From assembly GCF_001194135.2 (NCBI RefSeq), contig NC_068982.1, positions 72,481,479-72,518,818 on the forward strand: a stretch of 37,340 bases of DNA. Direction: 5' to 3'. The DNA is from Octopus bimaculoides. Its lineage: Eukaryota. Below the pieces are notes generated by a model. It did not search any database. It worked only from the letters and a program-made list of their open reading frames with translations, and was not told the origin of the DNA. How positions within the stretch are numbered: the first letter of the stretch is position 1; each line of letters opens with the position of its first letter. Shown here piece after piece: positions 11,878 to 23,374 of this stretch. Made by a program: the position numbers and the translations under genes.

Positions 11878-12305
11878 ATGGCGTTGATGATGAAATGGCT
11901 ACCAATAGAACACCCTAAGGGCTTCCACCAGGTCTAATATTCCTAATTCTTCAAATGAAGAAAAAAAAATGGCTTTCATACAAGAGAGAGAGAGAGAGAT
12001 TCCCTCTTTATACTGTTGCAGATCATATGATAAGGACAACACTCAAAAAGCTATAAGGTTTCATAAAATGTAGGCTAGCTGGTAAGAAGCTTCTCATATC
12101 TCAAATGTAAAGTTCATCTGAACTGGAAAACCCAGCAGTAGTGACAGACTGATTTCTAGCAATGATGTTTGGAGGGGGGGAGAAACTATTATAAAGTGAG
12201 AAAGAAACTGTATTGAATTACTGCCATGGCTTACAGGTTTGAGGTTTTTGTTTTTAACATGTATTTACCCTGCCCCACACACCCACACGCAAATACATAC
12301 CACCA

Positions 12306-12497
12306 CTATATAGATAATTGGAGAGATATTTTAATTGTTGGGATAATAAAATAACCTCCAACAACTGCAGCATGAAATGAGTGGCTTCTGTTGTTTATGT
12401 TGTGGTTGATGCTGTTGTCCTCAACAACCAGGAACAACAATAATATCCACAGAAGCCAACTAGAAAGAACAATTTGCTTCTGGTTGTAACATTTCAT
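12306..12497 (-). CDS. Candidate ATG exon or small ORF with signal-peptide-like N-terminus
   Basis: MKCYNQKQIVLSSWLLWILLLFLVVEDNS...; ATG preceded by in-frame stops; TTTCCAG acceptor 20 nt upstream; possible phase-1 donor GAG|GTTATT; partly built of TTG/AAC repeats, so it may be chance. Confidence 0.22.
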   Translation of the reverse strand: MKCYNQKQIVLSSWLLWILLLFLVVEDNSINHNINNRSHSFHAAVVGGYFIIPTIKISLQLSI

Positions 12498-12539
12498 ATA
12501 TCATCACCATCAACCACCTGGAAATTACTGTCTTGGTTC

Positions 12540-12771
12540 TAGGGCTCATAAGGCTGGTTACCCAGTTTCCATGGGGTGTAACTGATCAAGATCACACAAC
12601 ATTCCCTTTAAAAAGGACACCAGTCTGTCACAAAGTTATTCATTTACAGTTGAGTGGACTGGAGCAATGTAAAATGCAGTGTTTTGCTCAAGAACACAAC
12701 ACATTGCCTGATCTGGAAATTGAAACCATGATCTTGCAATTATGCATGCAACATCATAACGACATGCCTTC
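12540..12771 (-). mobile_element. SINE family D copy
   Basis: TGAGTGGACTGGAGCAATGTAAAATG.AGTGTTTTGCTCAAGAACAC is the reverse complement of the 4020-4068 core. Confidence 0.8.
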
Positions 12772-13132
12772 TCAATTTTATATAGGTCAGGGACAAATGG
12801 CAATAGGTTTATCTAGAGATTGCTCTAGGTATGTGTGTATTGTTTGAAGTTCACAGAAGTTAGTTGGTGGTTTGAGAATTTGTCTGCATTCCTGACGTGT
12901 GTCTTGCATTCCTCTATCATCCATGACATTTTTTTGTTCTTGCTGGTATACCACTTCTGTGTAAAAATTTAAAAAAAAGTAATAGTTTCTATCAAACTGG
13001 GTCAGTAGCACTTGTTTCCAAACTGAAACTATGTAACAATGGTAGACATGCAGGTATAACACATCTGATGATGTTTAGGTCAAACTGATCACAACTTGGT
13101 GTAGATATATTTGTAAATACACACGCACTTAC

Positions 13133-13189
13133 AGAGCCGAGGAGTAAGTAGTTTAATACTTGGAGAAATTATAACCTTGTTACCAATAT
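13133..13189 (-). CDS. Candidate 57-nt exon (xIGNKVIISPSIKLLTPRLx; could be non-coding)
   Basis: GATTCAG| acceptor with upstream CTAAAC, |GTAAGT donor, one open frame. Confidence 0.22.
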
Positions 13190-13944
13190 CTGAATCAATA
13201 ATCCAGTAGTTTAGTTATTCTTATGTTAATACGAAACCGGTCAGCTGATTATAGTTTTGTCCAGAAGGTTAGCTCTTTATTTATCAGTAAACGATGCATC
13301 ACTTATCTGTATAGGATTTGATGAAACGCTACAGAATATTGATCTCTGATTTGGGCTTTTTTTCCTTTTTTTTTTTCATATTAAATTGATTCTTTAGAAA
13401 ATTTTAACGACATTTGTGTCTGTATTGTATTCAGTTTATGATTACAAATAGAGATAAGAAATTTGCTACATTAAATGCATTAATAATATATTTAACACTT
13501 TTGATGCCAACCAGCCTCAGGCTGCTCTTTGATACAACTTTCCTGCTTTAAAGTGATCTAAATGAAAAACCTTCCATCAAATTTTTTTGTGTGTGCCCCT
13601 TGTCTTGACATCATGTGACAGTTGTGAATGAGCATCAACATTATACAAGGTAATGGTGTCTACTTCCAATCTTTAGTGGAAACATGTCTGGCCAAGGGGA
13701 AATTTTACCTTACTTGGAAGCAGTTAAGGATTGGTAACATGAAAAGCATCCAACCATAGAAGATCTGCCTCAATGATGAATTCTGTTCCACATATGTGAA
13801 CATGGAAAAGAAGATGTTAAAATGATGACGATGGTCCAAACATGAGGTTAATAATGGCAATCCTTTGTTATTTTCAAAACTAATTGAAACAAAGAAGACA
13901 TGCCAAGCTAAGTAAAACTGTGGCTGTCCATGCATACAGGTGTG

Positions 13945-14202
13945 TCCTCTACACCCTTCTCTCAGCCAAGAGATCCTAGTCTTGTGGGTGCTGGTTCCAC
14001 ATAAAAACACCTGTACTGCACCATGTAAAAGCACCCAGTACATTTTGTAAAGTGGTTGGTATTAGGAAGGGTATCCACCCATAGAAACTATGCAAAAACA
14101 AACAAATGGGACCTAGGCAGCTCTGCAGCTGGCCAACTACTCCTGTCAAACTGTCCAACACATGCTGGCATGGAGAATGGATGTTAAATGATGATGATGA
14201 TG
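13945..14202 (+). mobile_element. RTE-like LINE 3' end (similar copies 2150-2390 -, 11540-11680 +, 36993-37100 -)
   Basis: GTAAAGTGGTTGG..TTAGGAAGGG.ATCCA...GTCCAAC.CATGCT.GCATGGA..ATGGATGTTAAA(TGA)n; the tail is also shared with SINE family B. RTE origin is inferred. Confidence 0.7.
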
Positions 14203-14223
14203 GTAAAAGGAATTGTATTTCAG

Positions 14224-14319
14224 CAGTTAAAGGAGTTTCCCTGGTATACAACCAAATACTCAAATACCCTCATATACTCTCCCACTACTTTATCAACCCA
14301 AGACACTTGCAACATTACT
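14224..14319 (+). CDS. Candidate 96-nt exon (VKGVSLVYNQILKYPHILSHYFINPRHLQHY or alternative frame)
   Basis: TATTTCAG| acceptor and ACT|GTAAGT donor; two frames open; no homology recognised. Confidence 0.28.
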
Positions 14320-14585
14320 GTAAGTGATCTATGAAGCTGAGATGCTGGAACAGCCAGGTATCTTCTTAAGCATCAACAGACACTTTACTCAGATGAGAGC
14401 TTTGTAGGTAATGGGCTCAACACTTCAAATACCAGGAGATGAAAAATGTTGTTTATCTGCATTTGGCAATACTTCTGCATCTTGGTTGTTCACCCACAGA
14501 TGGTGTTATGCCCCATCTCCAATGAAGCATTTACAATACATGAGGGATTGAAAGAACCACGAAATAATCACTGCAGAGCCTCCAT

Positions 14586-14813
14586 CTAACCCTTTAGCAT
14601 TCAGCTTTCTTTGTCAAATGTATTATGTATTTATTCACATTGTTTTGAATTCATCATGCATTATCTTGTAGCATCAAGATTACAGTGCTGTAACTGTAGA
14701 TTTTTAGAATTACATTGTAGGGTAGGTGTGAGAGGTTGGATCTAGTCAGTTTCAACATAAAAAAAGGTAGAATATTTCAGCTGGTTATGGTCAGATTAAA
14801 TGCTAAGGATGAA
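14586..14813 (-). mobile_element. piggyBac-type MITE copy, opposite orientation
   Basis: CTAA-CCCTTTAGCATTCAG; core reverse-complemented (TTTTAGAATTACATTGTAGGGTAGGTGTGAGAG). Confidence 0.75.
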
Positions 14814-14937
14814 GTAAGGTTAAATCATTGGGGGCCTAGCTTTATCCCTAAACAGACCCACAGGTTACAAAATTAAGGTGGTATTTATATTTACCAGAGA
14901 TTGCTTTAAAGTTAAATTTATCTCAGAATGTCTCAGT

Positions 14938-15300
14938 AGGCACAGGCATGGCTGTGTAGTTAAGAAGCTCGCTTACCAACCATGTGATCTTGAGTTCAAT
15001 CCCATTGTACAGCACTTTGGGCAAGTATCTTCCATTATAACCCCAGACTGAGCAAAGCCTTGAGAGGATTTGGTGAATGGAAACTCTGAGAAGTCCATCA
15101 TGTGTGTGTGTGTGAAATGATGATCATAAATAAACATCACTATCATACAAACAATGTTCATTTCCTGTTTCCAAAGGCGAAATATTAGCTTGCTTAGAAA
15201 CAGGTGAGGGTTAGCACAAGGGCATCCAGCTGTCAAAAACCAGCTTCAACAAATTTGGCCAACTCATGCAAGTATGAAAAAGTGAATGTTAAATGATGAA
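14938..15300 (+). mobile_element. tRNA-headed SINE, family B (family A head, different tail ending GTTAAATGATG)
   Basis: Head as in family A; tail GGAAACAGGTGAGGGTT..AAGGGCATCCAGCTGT..CATGCAAG.ATGGAAAA..GTTAAATGATG. Confidence 0.85.
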
Positions 15301-15369
15301 GTTCAGTGAAACAGCAAGCATTCAGTCGATAAAATGTATTTGCATCAAGGGACCAGCCACAATGACATC

Positions 15370-15460
15370 TCATTCTTCCACATACACCGGCGCCAGCCAG
15401 CTCTATTAATGATGAAAATGTAGAGCAGCTCATCTGGGATAAATAAGACACTGACGCTGG
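15370..15460 (+). mobile_element. Possible decayed mariner transposase fragment
   Basis: Frame reads PAPASSINDENVEQLIWDK*, loosely like the mariner 'RP.TS..DENVE.V..LI..D' linker. Confidence 0.3.
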
Positions 15461-15534
15461 TGCTAGAAAGAAAATGTCAATCCAATCAAAATATTTTGCA
15501 CTCACAGAAAGTAAATATCTTAAATATACATCGT

Positions 15535-15945
15535 ATATGTAGTTGCTTACCAAATTGGTTTCACATTCAGTTCTATTGTGTGACACCTTGGGTGTTTTTT
15601 ATTATAGCCATGGGCTGACCAAAGCCTTGTGAATGCATTTGGCAGCTGGAAACTAAATGAAGTCCATCATGCATGTATGTATATACATGTGTGTGTGTTT
15701 GTTTGAGTCTTTATCTTGACATAAGAGTGATAGCTGTAACTGAGTGTCACTGTCATACAAACTGTGTCAATTTCCAATATTTAGTGAAAACATGTCTGAC
15801 CATGGGGAAATATTACCTTAATTGGAAACAGGCCAGGGTTGATGTGACAGGAAGCGCATCTGGCTGTAGATAGTCTGCCTCCATAAACTCCACATGACTC
15901 ATGAAACCACTGGAAAGTGGACATAAGAACACTGATGATGATGGA
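15535..15945 (+). mobile_element. SINE family B
   Basis: Same head and tail modules as 14938-15300. Confidence 0.85.
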
Positions 15946-16733
15946 GAATAAAAAATGCTTTGACTATGTTATCCTAAACTTTCTTTGTTGATTTACTCAG
16001 CCCTGGGTTTAAACCAAGTTTCCTTTTCAGTTGTAGTGTTTTATTCACTTCTTTAGTAGAGCCAAAGTTGAAGTGAGAGGTGTTATCCACCACAAAAGAA
16101 TGAGTAGGAAAAAAAAGTGGGGGGGGGGAACAAGGGAGAGAAATTATTTTTTCTTTTAGCTTGTTTGTGTCACTGGACTGTGGCTGTGCTAGGGTACCCA
16201 CATCACAGGTTAAATCAAACAAATTGACCCCAGTACTTATTCTATTAAATCTGGTAATTATTCTATGATGTTTCTTTTGCCAAATTGCCAAGCTATGGGA
16301 ATGTAAACAAACTAACACTGTAGGATAGGATCACAAACATGAAATGATGATGATATGATGGGTGGGCTTTTTCACAGTGTATGTTTACAAGACAGTGGTT
16401 AGTGCATGGATTTAGAAGAAATTTGCTGAAAGTACTGTACAGTGGGACTGAACATGAAATCACATGGTTGCAAAGCAAACTTCTTAACTACTTAACCATG
16501 CCTGCAAAAATTCCCAACTCCCAAATCATTAGGTCATAGAGGGTTCAGAATGAAATTTCACATCGGCTAAACTTTTAATTAGTTGCAGGGCCAAATAAAA
16601 CTCTAAATGAAGGACTACATCTAAGAAGATACGTTAACTCTGGGATTGATAAATAATTCTTGAGACTAACAAAACCTTTGAAAATGGGGCTCATTTTAAA
16701 TCAACTGCTTCACAAAAACACTCTCCAAATTAC

Positions 16734-16961
16734 TGACCCCTTTAGTATTCAGGTTACTCTGTCCATTGTATTGCTTATTTATTGATATTGCTTTGAATTA
16801 ATCATGCAATATCTTGTAACTTTGAGATTTCAATAATGTGATTGTTTACTTTTAGAATGATATTGTAGGGTAGGTGTGACAGGCTGGATCTGGCCACTTT
16901 GAACATAAAACAAATAGAATATTAGGGCTAGATATGCCCAGTTTAAACGCTAAAGGGTTAA
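16734..16961 (-). mobile_element. piggyBac-type MITE copy, opposite orientation
   Basis: CCCTTTAGTATTCAG...TTTAAACGCTAAAGGG-TTAA; reverse-complemented core. Confidence 0.75.
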
Positions 16962-17049
16962 AGGTATATGTTTGTGTAACAAAACTGATTCTTGCAAATA
17001 AGAAGGACCTCTACATTGGTGTTCTGCTGCAATTTTTTGCATGTTAAAC

Positions 17050-17435
17050 ATCATCATTGTTTTAACAACTACTTTTCCATGCTTGCATGGGTGAGACAGA
17101 ATTTGTCGAGGTGAATTTTCTACAGCTGCATGCCCTTCCTGTTGTCAACCCTCACCTGTTTCCAAACCAGGTAATATTTCCCCATGGCCAGACATGCTTT
17201 TATAGGAGACTGAAAACAAAGGGCACTACTTGCATGACAGTGATGCTCATTTACAACAATCATGTTAAATCAAGGCAAAAAAACAATAACACATGCATGC
17301 ACAATGTACTTTCAGTTTCTATTTTACTAAATGCAAGAGGCTTTGGTTAGCTTGAGGAGAGAAGACCCTTGTCCAAAGTGCCATGCAGTGGGACTGAACC
17401 AGAAGCAGTGTGGTTGGAAAGTCAACTTCTTACCA
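17050..17435 (-). mobile_element. SINE family B, reverse orientation
   Basis: Reverse complement of head (GGGACTGAACC) and tail (TTTTCCATGCTTGCATGGG..CCCTCACCTGTTTCCAA). Confidence 0.85.
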
Positions 17436-17699
17436 CACAATCACACCCATTAAATAATTCTATTTTAAGCTGCATGTTGACTCATTGTGATTCTCTAACT
17501 ATGAGATCTCAGAAGACCTGTTTTGATCACAAACCCATCCAATCAAGGTAAGCATGAAGATCAGCAATAGCAAGAAATCAAGTAACTGCCATCACTTTGG
17601 ATCATTATGGGATAAGCTTAAAAAAATTTGGACCCCCCCTCCCCTAAAAGCTGAGCTACTCTATTGCATCCGGGAGAAAGAAATATGTAAAAGAAAAGA

Positions 17700-18005
17700 C
17701 CATAGGGTTACAGGTTCAGTTCTACTGCATGGAACCTTGAGCAAGTGTCTTGAGCTGACCAATGTCTTGTGAGTGAGTTTGGTAGACAAATTTTGTGGAA
17801 ACCTGTCATATATATATATATGCATGTATGTGCTTGAGTCTGTACCCTGAACAGCTTGAAAATCAGTGTTGGTTTGTTTCTGTCCGCTTAACTTGGCAGT
17901 GTAGCCAGAGACCAATAAAATAAGTACAAGATCTAAGTACTAAAACTTTGCAAGTTTGTGTTCCAGCATAACTGCAGTCCAATGACTGAAACAAGTTAAA
18001 AAGAT
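17700..18005 (+). mobile_element. SINE family A, diverged and 5'-partial
   Basis: GGTTCAGTTCTACTGCATGGAACCTTGAGCAAGTGTCTT...CAGTCCAATGACTGAAACAAG. Confidence 0.8.
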
Positions 18006-18784
18006 TTAGGAAGAAAACAATTAAAAAAAAATTTAATTACAATTTAGGAGCATGTGAAATCTATTTTATCTCTACAGGATTTGCCACAGTGTTTATTATT
18101 ATCATTGTTGTTGTATAGGTTGGCTGGTTTTTGTCTATAAGCATGAATTGCAGGAGCAAGTAAATTTACAGACTGGTTGGTACCCTTCCTTAGTTAACTC
18201 TTCAAGCATGCAGTGGCAATGGTTAGCTGTTTTCAGCAAGGTTGATTGACCTCCATCCCTAAGATACTGTAATGTGCTTGGAAGCTGAGACAAAGACATA
18301 GCGAGAGCAAGAAAAACAGAGCACAATACACCCCCTACCTTCGGACCCTTCACACAAAATCCCTTGCCTTTAAAGCATTAATTTGTTTAACTGTCATGTA
18401 CCTAATTCCTCAGAGAATAACAAAAATTAATCCTGGAGAGATTGCTTGAGATAAAGAAGTAAACGAATTTTGGGGGGAAAAAAATTGAAATATATGATAT
18501 ACGTATATATATATATGGAATATAAGTTCCCTAAGGGGAATGCTGTTTTGAAATTTGTATTAGTAAGATGGATGATGTTTTTTGGAAATAGTTCAGCTCC
18601 TTAATAGTAAAAAGTAGGAGGTTGGAAAAAGGGTGGCATATGAAAAGCTAAACGGTAGATGTTTGAGGGACACAGCAGACAGACAACTGTATAGGAGCTC
18701 AATCAGGAAGGGAAAGGCGTTATAGATATGTGTAACGAAAGAGATTTTGGAGGAAAAGACTGAACAAGAAAGCAATGGGAGAGG

Positions 18785-18825
<41 letters not shown>

Positions 18826-19152
18826 ATGGTAGAGGATAAAAGGTTTACAAACTTATCTCTTCTCCTTCCCTCTCCAGCACACGCATTTTCCTTGCTATAG
18901 TTGAATGGATGGAGAGGGCAAAACAAGAGTGTTTTAGTCCAGAGGTGGGGACGGAACAGAGAGAGAGAAAATGAGAGAAAATAAGAGGGTGAGTATTGCA
19001 TAGATACCATTCCTGAGTGACGGTTACCTAGCAACTAGCCACTGGGAGAATAGCTGAAGAAGCTAAACTGCAAAAAGCTTTACAGTTTAGAGAGAGAGAG
19101 AGAGAGAAAGAATGAGAGAGAGAGAGAGAATGAGAGAGAGAGAGAGAGAGAG
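18785..19152. repeat. (GA)n purine tracts
   Basis: (GA)n at about 18785-18825 and 19109-19152. Confidence 0.9.
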
Positions 19153-19219
19153 ATGGCCAACCCCCCCAGAGAATAAAGGAGGAAGTAGGAGAACAGCATA
19201 CACACCAAGATAGACTTAC

Positions 19220-19740
19220 TTATAAATTAAAATTGGAGAAAAGGTACACACACACCAGGAAAACGAAAGTGATATCTTTGATAATTCATTTTTAACGGTG
19301 GAGCATATTCTACCAGAAGGATTTTCCCCAATCCAATATTTACACGCTATTAATTTATTTATAGCTCTATCTACTTCGAGTTACACAGTTAAAAACAAAT
19401 CTTGATTTCCATTTCTTGCCGTTCCTTGTCACTAACTTGAGGTACATCAAGTGCGTCTGTTGAAGTTGGCGAAGGTGGGAACAAGGGTTAGGGTGAAGCT
19501 ACGTTGTTCCATTCTAAGCACGCCTGCGTCGCGTCACCATACTATTCCTCTGACGTTCTATGTTCCCTGTTTTGAGTTTCGCGAGTAGTTTTAGCTTTAA
19601 AATACAGGCACTTCGCTTCAGAGGAGGCGGAGAATCAGCGCGCTTCGTGGAGTAGATAGATGATGGCTGGCTAGGTATATACACAAACGGATAGAAAGAT
19701 AGAGGTGTAGGGAATACCATGAATTCACCACTTGTCAAGT
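19220..19740 (-). promoter_or_regulatory. CpG-rich unique segment; candidate first (non-coding) exon or promoter of a leftward gene
   Basis: About 16 CG in 19441-19740 (hand count); minus-strand GTAAGT donor at 19219-19214; strong polypyrimidine acceptor TCTTTGTCTCAG| at 18285; only short uORFs inside. Confidence 0.3.
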
Positions 19741-20282
19741 TGTACTGCCGCCACCACCACAGTAACAACCATCATCACTATAATTGTCAGTATGGAGCAG
19801 CAGCAGCGATAGGGGATGGAAGAAGAAAACTCTAACCACCACTACTACCACATAAATCTCCATCAGCACCACCTTAACCAACACAGCCATCACAACAACC
19901 ACCTCAAGCTTGAGTATGAGTAAGAGACAGAGAAAGGGAAGGGGAAGTATGATGAAAGGGAAAACGTGCAAACACACGAGGTGAAAGCAGGAGAATGACG
20001 GGAGTGTGTGGCAATGGTATGTGAAAAACAGTAGACAGCGGACACTAAGTCCAGCCCAAATCATACCATCAACACCACTACAATGACTATAACCACCACC
20101 ACAATCACCGTCACTGTCAAATAATATAAAACCATTGGGTTCTAATTATTCATGTTCTTTTTTTTTTCCCTCTCTCGCGGCAAGGAATTTAGGTCGTCGG
20201 CTCAGTGGACAGAATAATAAGAGGACACTTTACTTATTTCACAGATGTTGGCGAGGGTGGGGGAAGATGTTTGTGTGTACGC

Positions 20283-20313
<31 letters not shown>

Positions 20314-21749
20314 CAGACTTTCGGAATAGCTACCACAAATAAAATGGAATTTCTTGTGTGTGTGTGTGTGTGGGGGTCTTGTAAAAATTTACCGTTTCTT
20401 TTTAAATACCCCACATTCTAAAAACGTAAATCGCATTAAAATGTTTTGAGAATATATATATGTATATATACATATACACACATTAATTTTCCGTTCCCTA
20501 GTTCTAATGCACACACATATTGGCTGTCCACCTCTGCACACCCCTTTAATTTAACCACCTAAGTGACAATCTCCTGCTTCTTCCACTCCCTAGTTCCAAC
20601 TTTCTCGCAACGTCCAAATAGAGTGGATACTAATAGGTCCCAGGGACTGAAGTCTCCAAATATACATATACATATATAAAAAAAAAGGCAATATATCAAG
20701 TCAACACATATTAACATATGCTTTTACATAGAAATTTTTCAGATTTATTGTTATGGCATAATTACCCACCCAAGACAGAACAGAATCTATTACAACACAC
20801 GAGTTCACATAAAGAATCTTGCGAACGAAATCCTTCAGATTTGAAGTCAAAGTAAGAGGGAAAATAATTACGTGAAAAGTTTGGAGGGATTGCTATATAA
20901 GATAATTAAATTTATGGATAAATTTAATATTTAAAATTAATAATGGATTTTTTTTTAAATGTAAATGCGCAACATGTCTTATGTGGTTAAGTTCGTTTCT
21001 AGTACATGGCACATTGAGAAAGTGTCTTGACCAATGTATGCATGTGGGTGACAAGACGTGCTGGAGTCAAATTAGTGAACTTATCAATTTCATTGTTCTC
21101 TATAATTTAGATTGGTTAAAAGTTTGGTACAGGAATAATTACAACCTGACTGTCTTCTCATAACTTTCTGAAAAGCCCATGCTTTAAAAATTTTTTTACA
21201 GTTATACGTTTTCGAGGGTGTTGATTACGACGACTATGGGATAAAATTATGAGAAGAAATTTCGATAATCCGTTCTCTTTCCCCGTGTTTGTTTATCGTC
21301 GTCGATTTCCGTAACATCAGCGTTTTTCACATTTTCTCCAGATTCATGTTTGAAATATTAACATTACATACTACTCTATTGTCGAAAACGTATTTCTACA
21401 AGATATTTAAAACTATGCATTTTAAAGAGAATTATGAAGAAATAAAGTCCAGGTACGACGGTGGTTGGTGAATGATATGAAACACTTTCTCGAAAAAAAA
21501 AATAATAAATAAAATAAATTTCATCAACACAATCGTTATCTACACCGTTAAAATTGTATATCTTATAAAATCTCATTGCAGGAAATTCCGAGGAATCAAA
21601 AAATAGTTACACCTTTGTACTGGCCAATTTACGTTGTTTGCAAACAATGAATGCAGTGATAGTACAATAAAAAGAGACAAGTTAAAAAAATATGATGTAG
21701 AAATAATAATATCCATAACAATAATTCTTTCTACTATAGGCAGGTCTGA

Positions 21750-22170
21750 NNNNNNNNNNNNNNNNNNNNNNNNNNNNNNNNNNNNNNNNNNNNNNNNNNN
21801 NNNNNNNNNNNNNNNNNNNNNNNNNNNNNNNNNNNNNNNNNNNNNNNNNNNNNNNNNNNNNNNNNNNNNNNNNNNNNNNNNNNNNNNNNNNNNNNNNNNN
21901 NNNNNNNNNNNNNNNNNNNNNNNNNNNNNNNNNNNNNNNNNNNNNNNNNNNNNNNNNNNNNNNNNNNNNNNNNNNNNNNNNNNNNNNNNNNNNNNNNNNN
22001 NNNNNNNNNNNNNNNNNNNNNNNNNNNNNNNNNNNNNNNNNNNNNNNNNNNNNNNNNNNNNNNNNNNNNNNNNNNNNNNNNNNNNNNNNNNNNNNNNNNN
22101 NNNNNNNNNNNNNNNNNNNNNNNNNNNNNNNNNNNNNNNNNNNNNNNNNNNNNNNNNNNNNNNNNNNNNN
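21750..22170. other. Assembly gap
   Basis: Run of N. Confidence 1.
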
Positions 22171-22817
22171 TTAAAGAACCGGAAGAAATGCCGCCAAGCA
22201 ATTTTTTATCGCCTCCGAAAGGATGAAAGGTAAAGATCAGAGACGACGGTCATCAGTAGAAACGACAGAATAAAGAGATGACGAGGTGAGAATGAGAGAA
22301 AAGCGAAAACGGTGAGCGGAAGTAAACAAGGGGAGAGCACTGTGTCACACACACTTGTCTTCGGTCAAATGGCAAGCAGAGAAGGCGGGGAGGTGATGCT
22401 AGAAATGTAATAATTTCAAGTTCATAGCGATGTGTCAACGGTTATCTAGGCATACAATACGCTTAAACAAAAAAAAAAAAAAGAAGAAAGAAATCTCAAC
22501 AAAACACCTATCAAAATCGGGCATCTATTTTGACAGAACGATCACCGAAAGCGAACGGATTAAAAACGAAATGAATGAAGACAAACACACACACACACAC
22601 ACAGAGCCTGCATAATAGATGAATGAACAAGGAGTGATATTAACCAACTTTTAATCGTACCTTTAGCCACCTGCAACTGTCCTCCATTAAGCTGTACCCT
22701 TTCGTCGAAGAATCCTTTAGCCATTTTATGAAAAACCCACATCCCAGAAGATTTCCCTGTCTATATTCATATCAACCCACCAAGCACATGTCTGTCTCTT
22801 TTGAAACACTGATTATG

Positions 22818-22945
22818 TTGCTGCTGCTGCTAGTATTGCTACTGCTGCTGGCGTTGCCGCTGCTACTGTTGTTGCTGCTGCTGCTACTATTATTGTTGTT
22901 GTGGTTGTTGGTGTTGTCTTCCACCACCACCACCACCATCACCTC
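22818..22945. repeat. Compound trinucleotide tract (CTG/TTG/CTA)n then (CAC)n
   Basis: Visible; produces the poly-Leu ORF artefact 22728-22970. Confidence 0.9.
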
Positions 22946-23332
22946 TACTCTCAGCTACCGTCGTTGCTGATGATGTCGAAGACCACAATCGGCTATGCTA
23001 TGTTAACAAAGCTTAAATGACAGTATCTATATTACAGTAAACTACATGCGCTGGGGCTTGTCCTTTTTAATTGCAGACTTTTCTTACATCGTAAATAAAA
23101 TTCGCAAGAGATTAATCCAACGATGACTAGAACAGGATCGGTGGAAATAGATAAACAGAACGTGATGATAAATAAATGCTGGATGCTATTTAGGAAGGTT
23201 ATGTACTCTATGAAGAAAAAAACAAAATCACAAACGGTCTGAACCCCTCTCCCCCCATGAAAACATTCTAAATAGTTTATCCTCACCATACGAAATTCGC
23301 ATCAATTAGAAGACACAAACATATCTACCTAC

Positions 23333-23374
<42 letters not shown>

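Noticed and set aside
12022-12081. Strong-looking + acceptor/donor pair (TTGCAG| ... |GTAAGA)
   Set aside because: All three frames contain stops, and the donor overlaps a SINE-head-like TGGTAAGAAGCTT; at most a non-coding exon.
18135-18353. 72-aa minus ORF that looks like signal peptide plus Cys-rich peptide
   Set aside because: It starts at GTG, not ATG, and the hydrophobic 'signal' is the translation of a polypyrimidine tract ending in a TCTCAG acceptor; better read as an intron/exon boundary.
19484-19493. AGGGTTAGGG telomere-like string
   Set aside because: Fewer than two repeats; expected by chance.
22171-22236. Apparent + exon ending AAG|GTAAAG after the gap
   Set aside because: TTTTATCG..CCGAAAGGATGAAAGG.AAAG is a fragment of SINE family C.
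22728-22970. Poly-Leu 'transmembrane' ORF
   Set aside because: Trinucleotide microsatellite with no flanking coding signal.
22968-22990. CTGATGA followed by a small GTC/GAC stem
   Set aside because: No GAAA or NUH; end of a trinucleotide tract.
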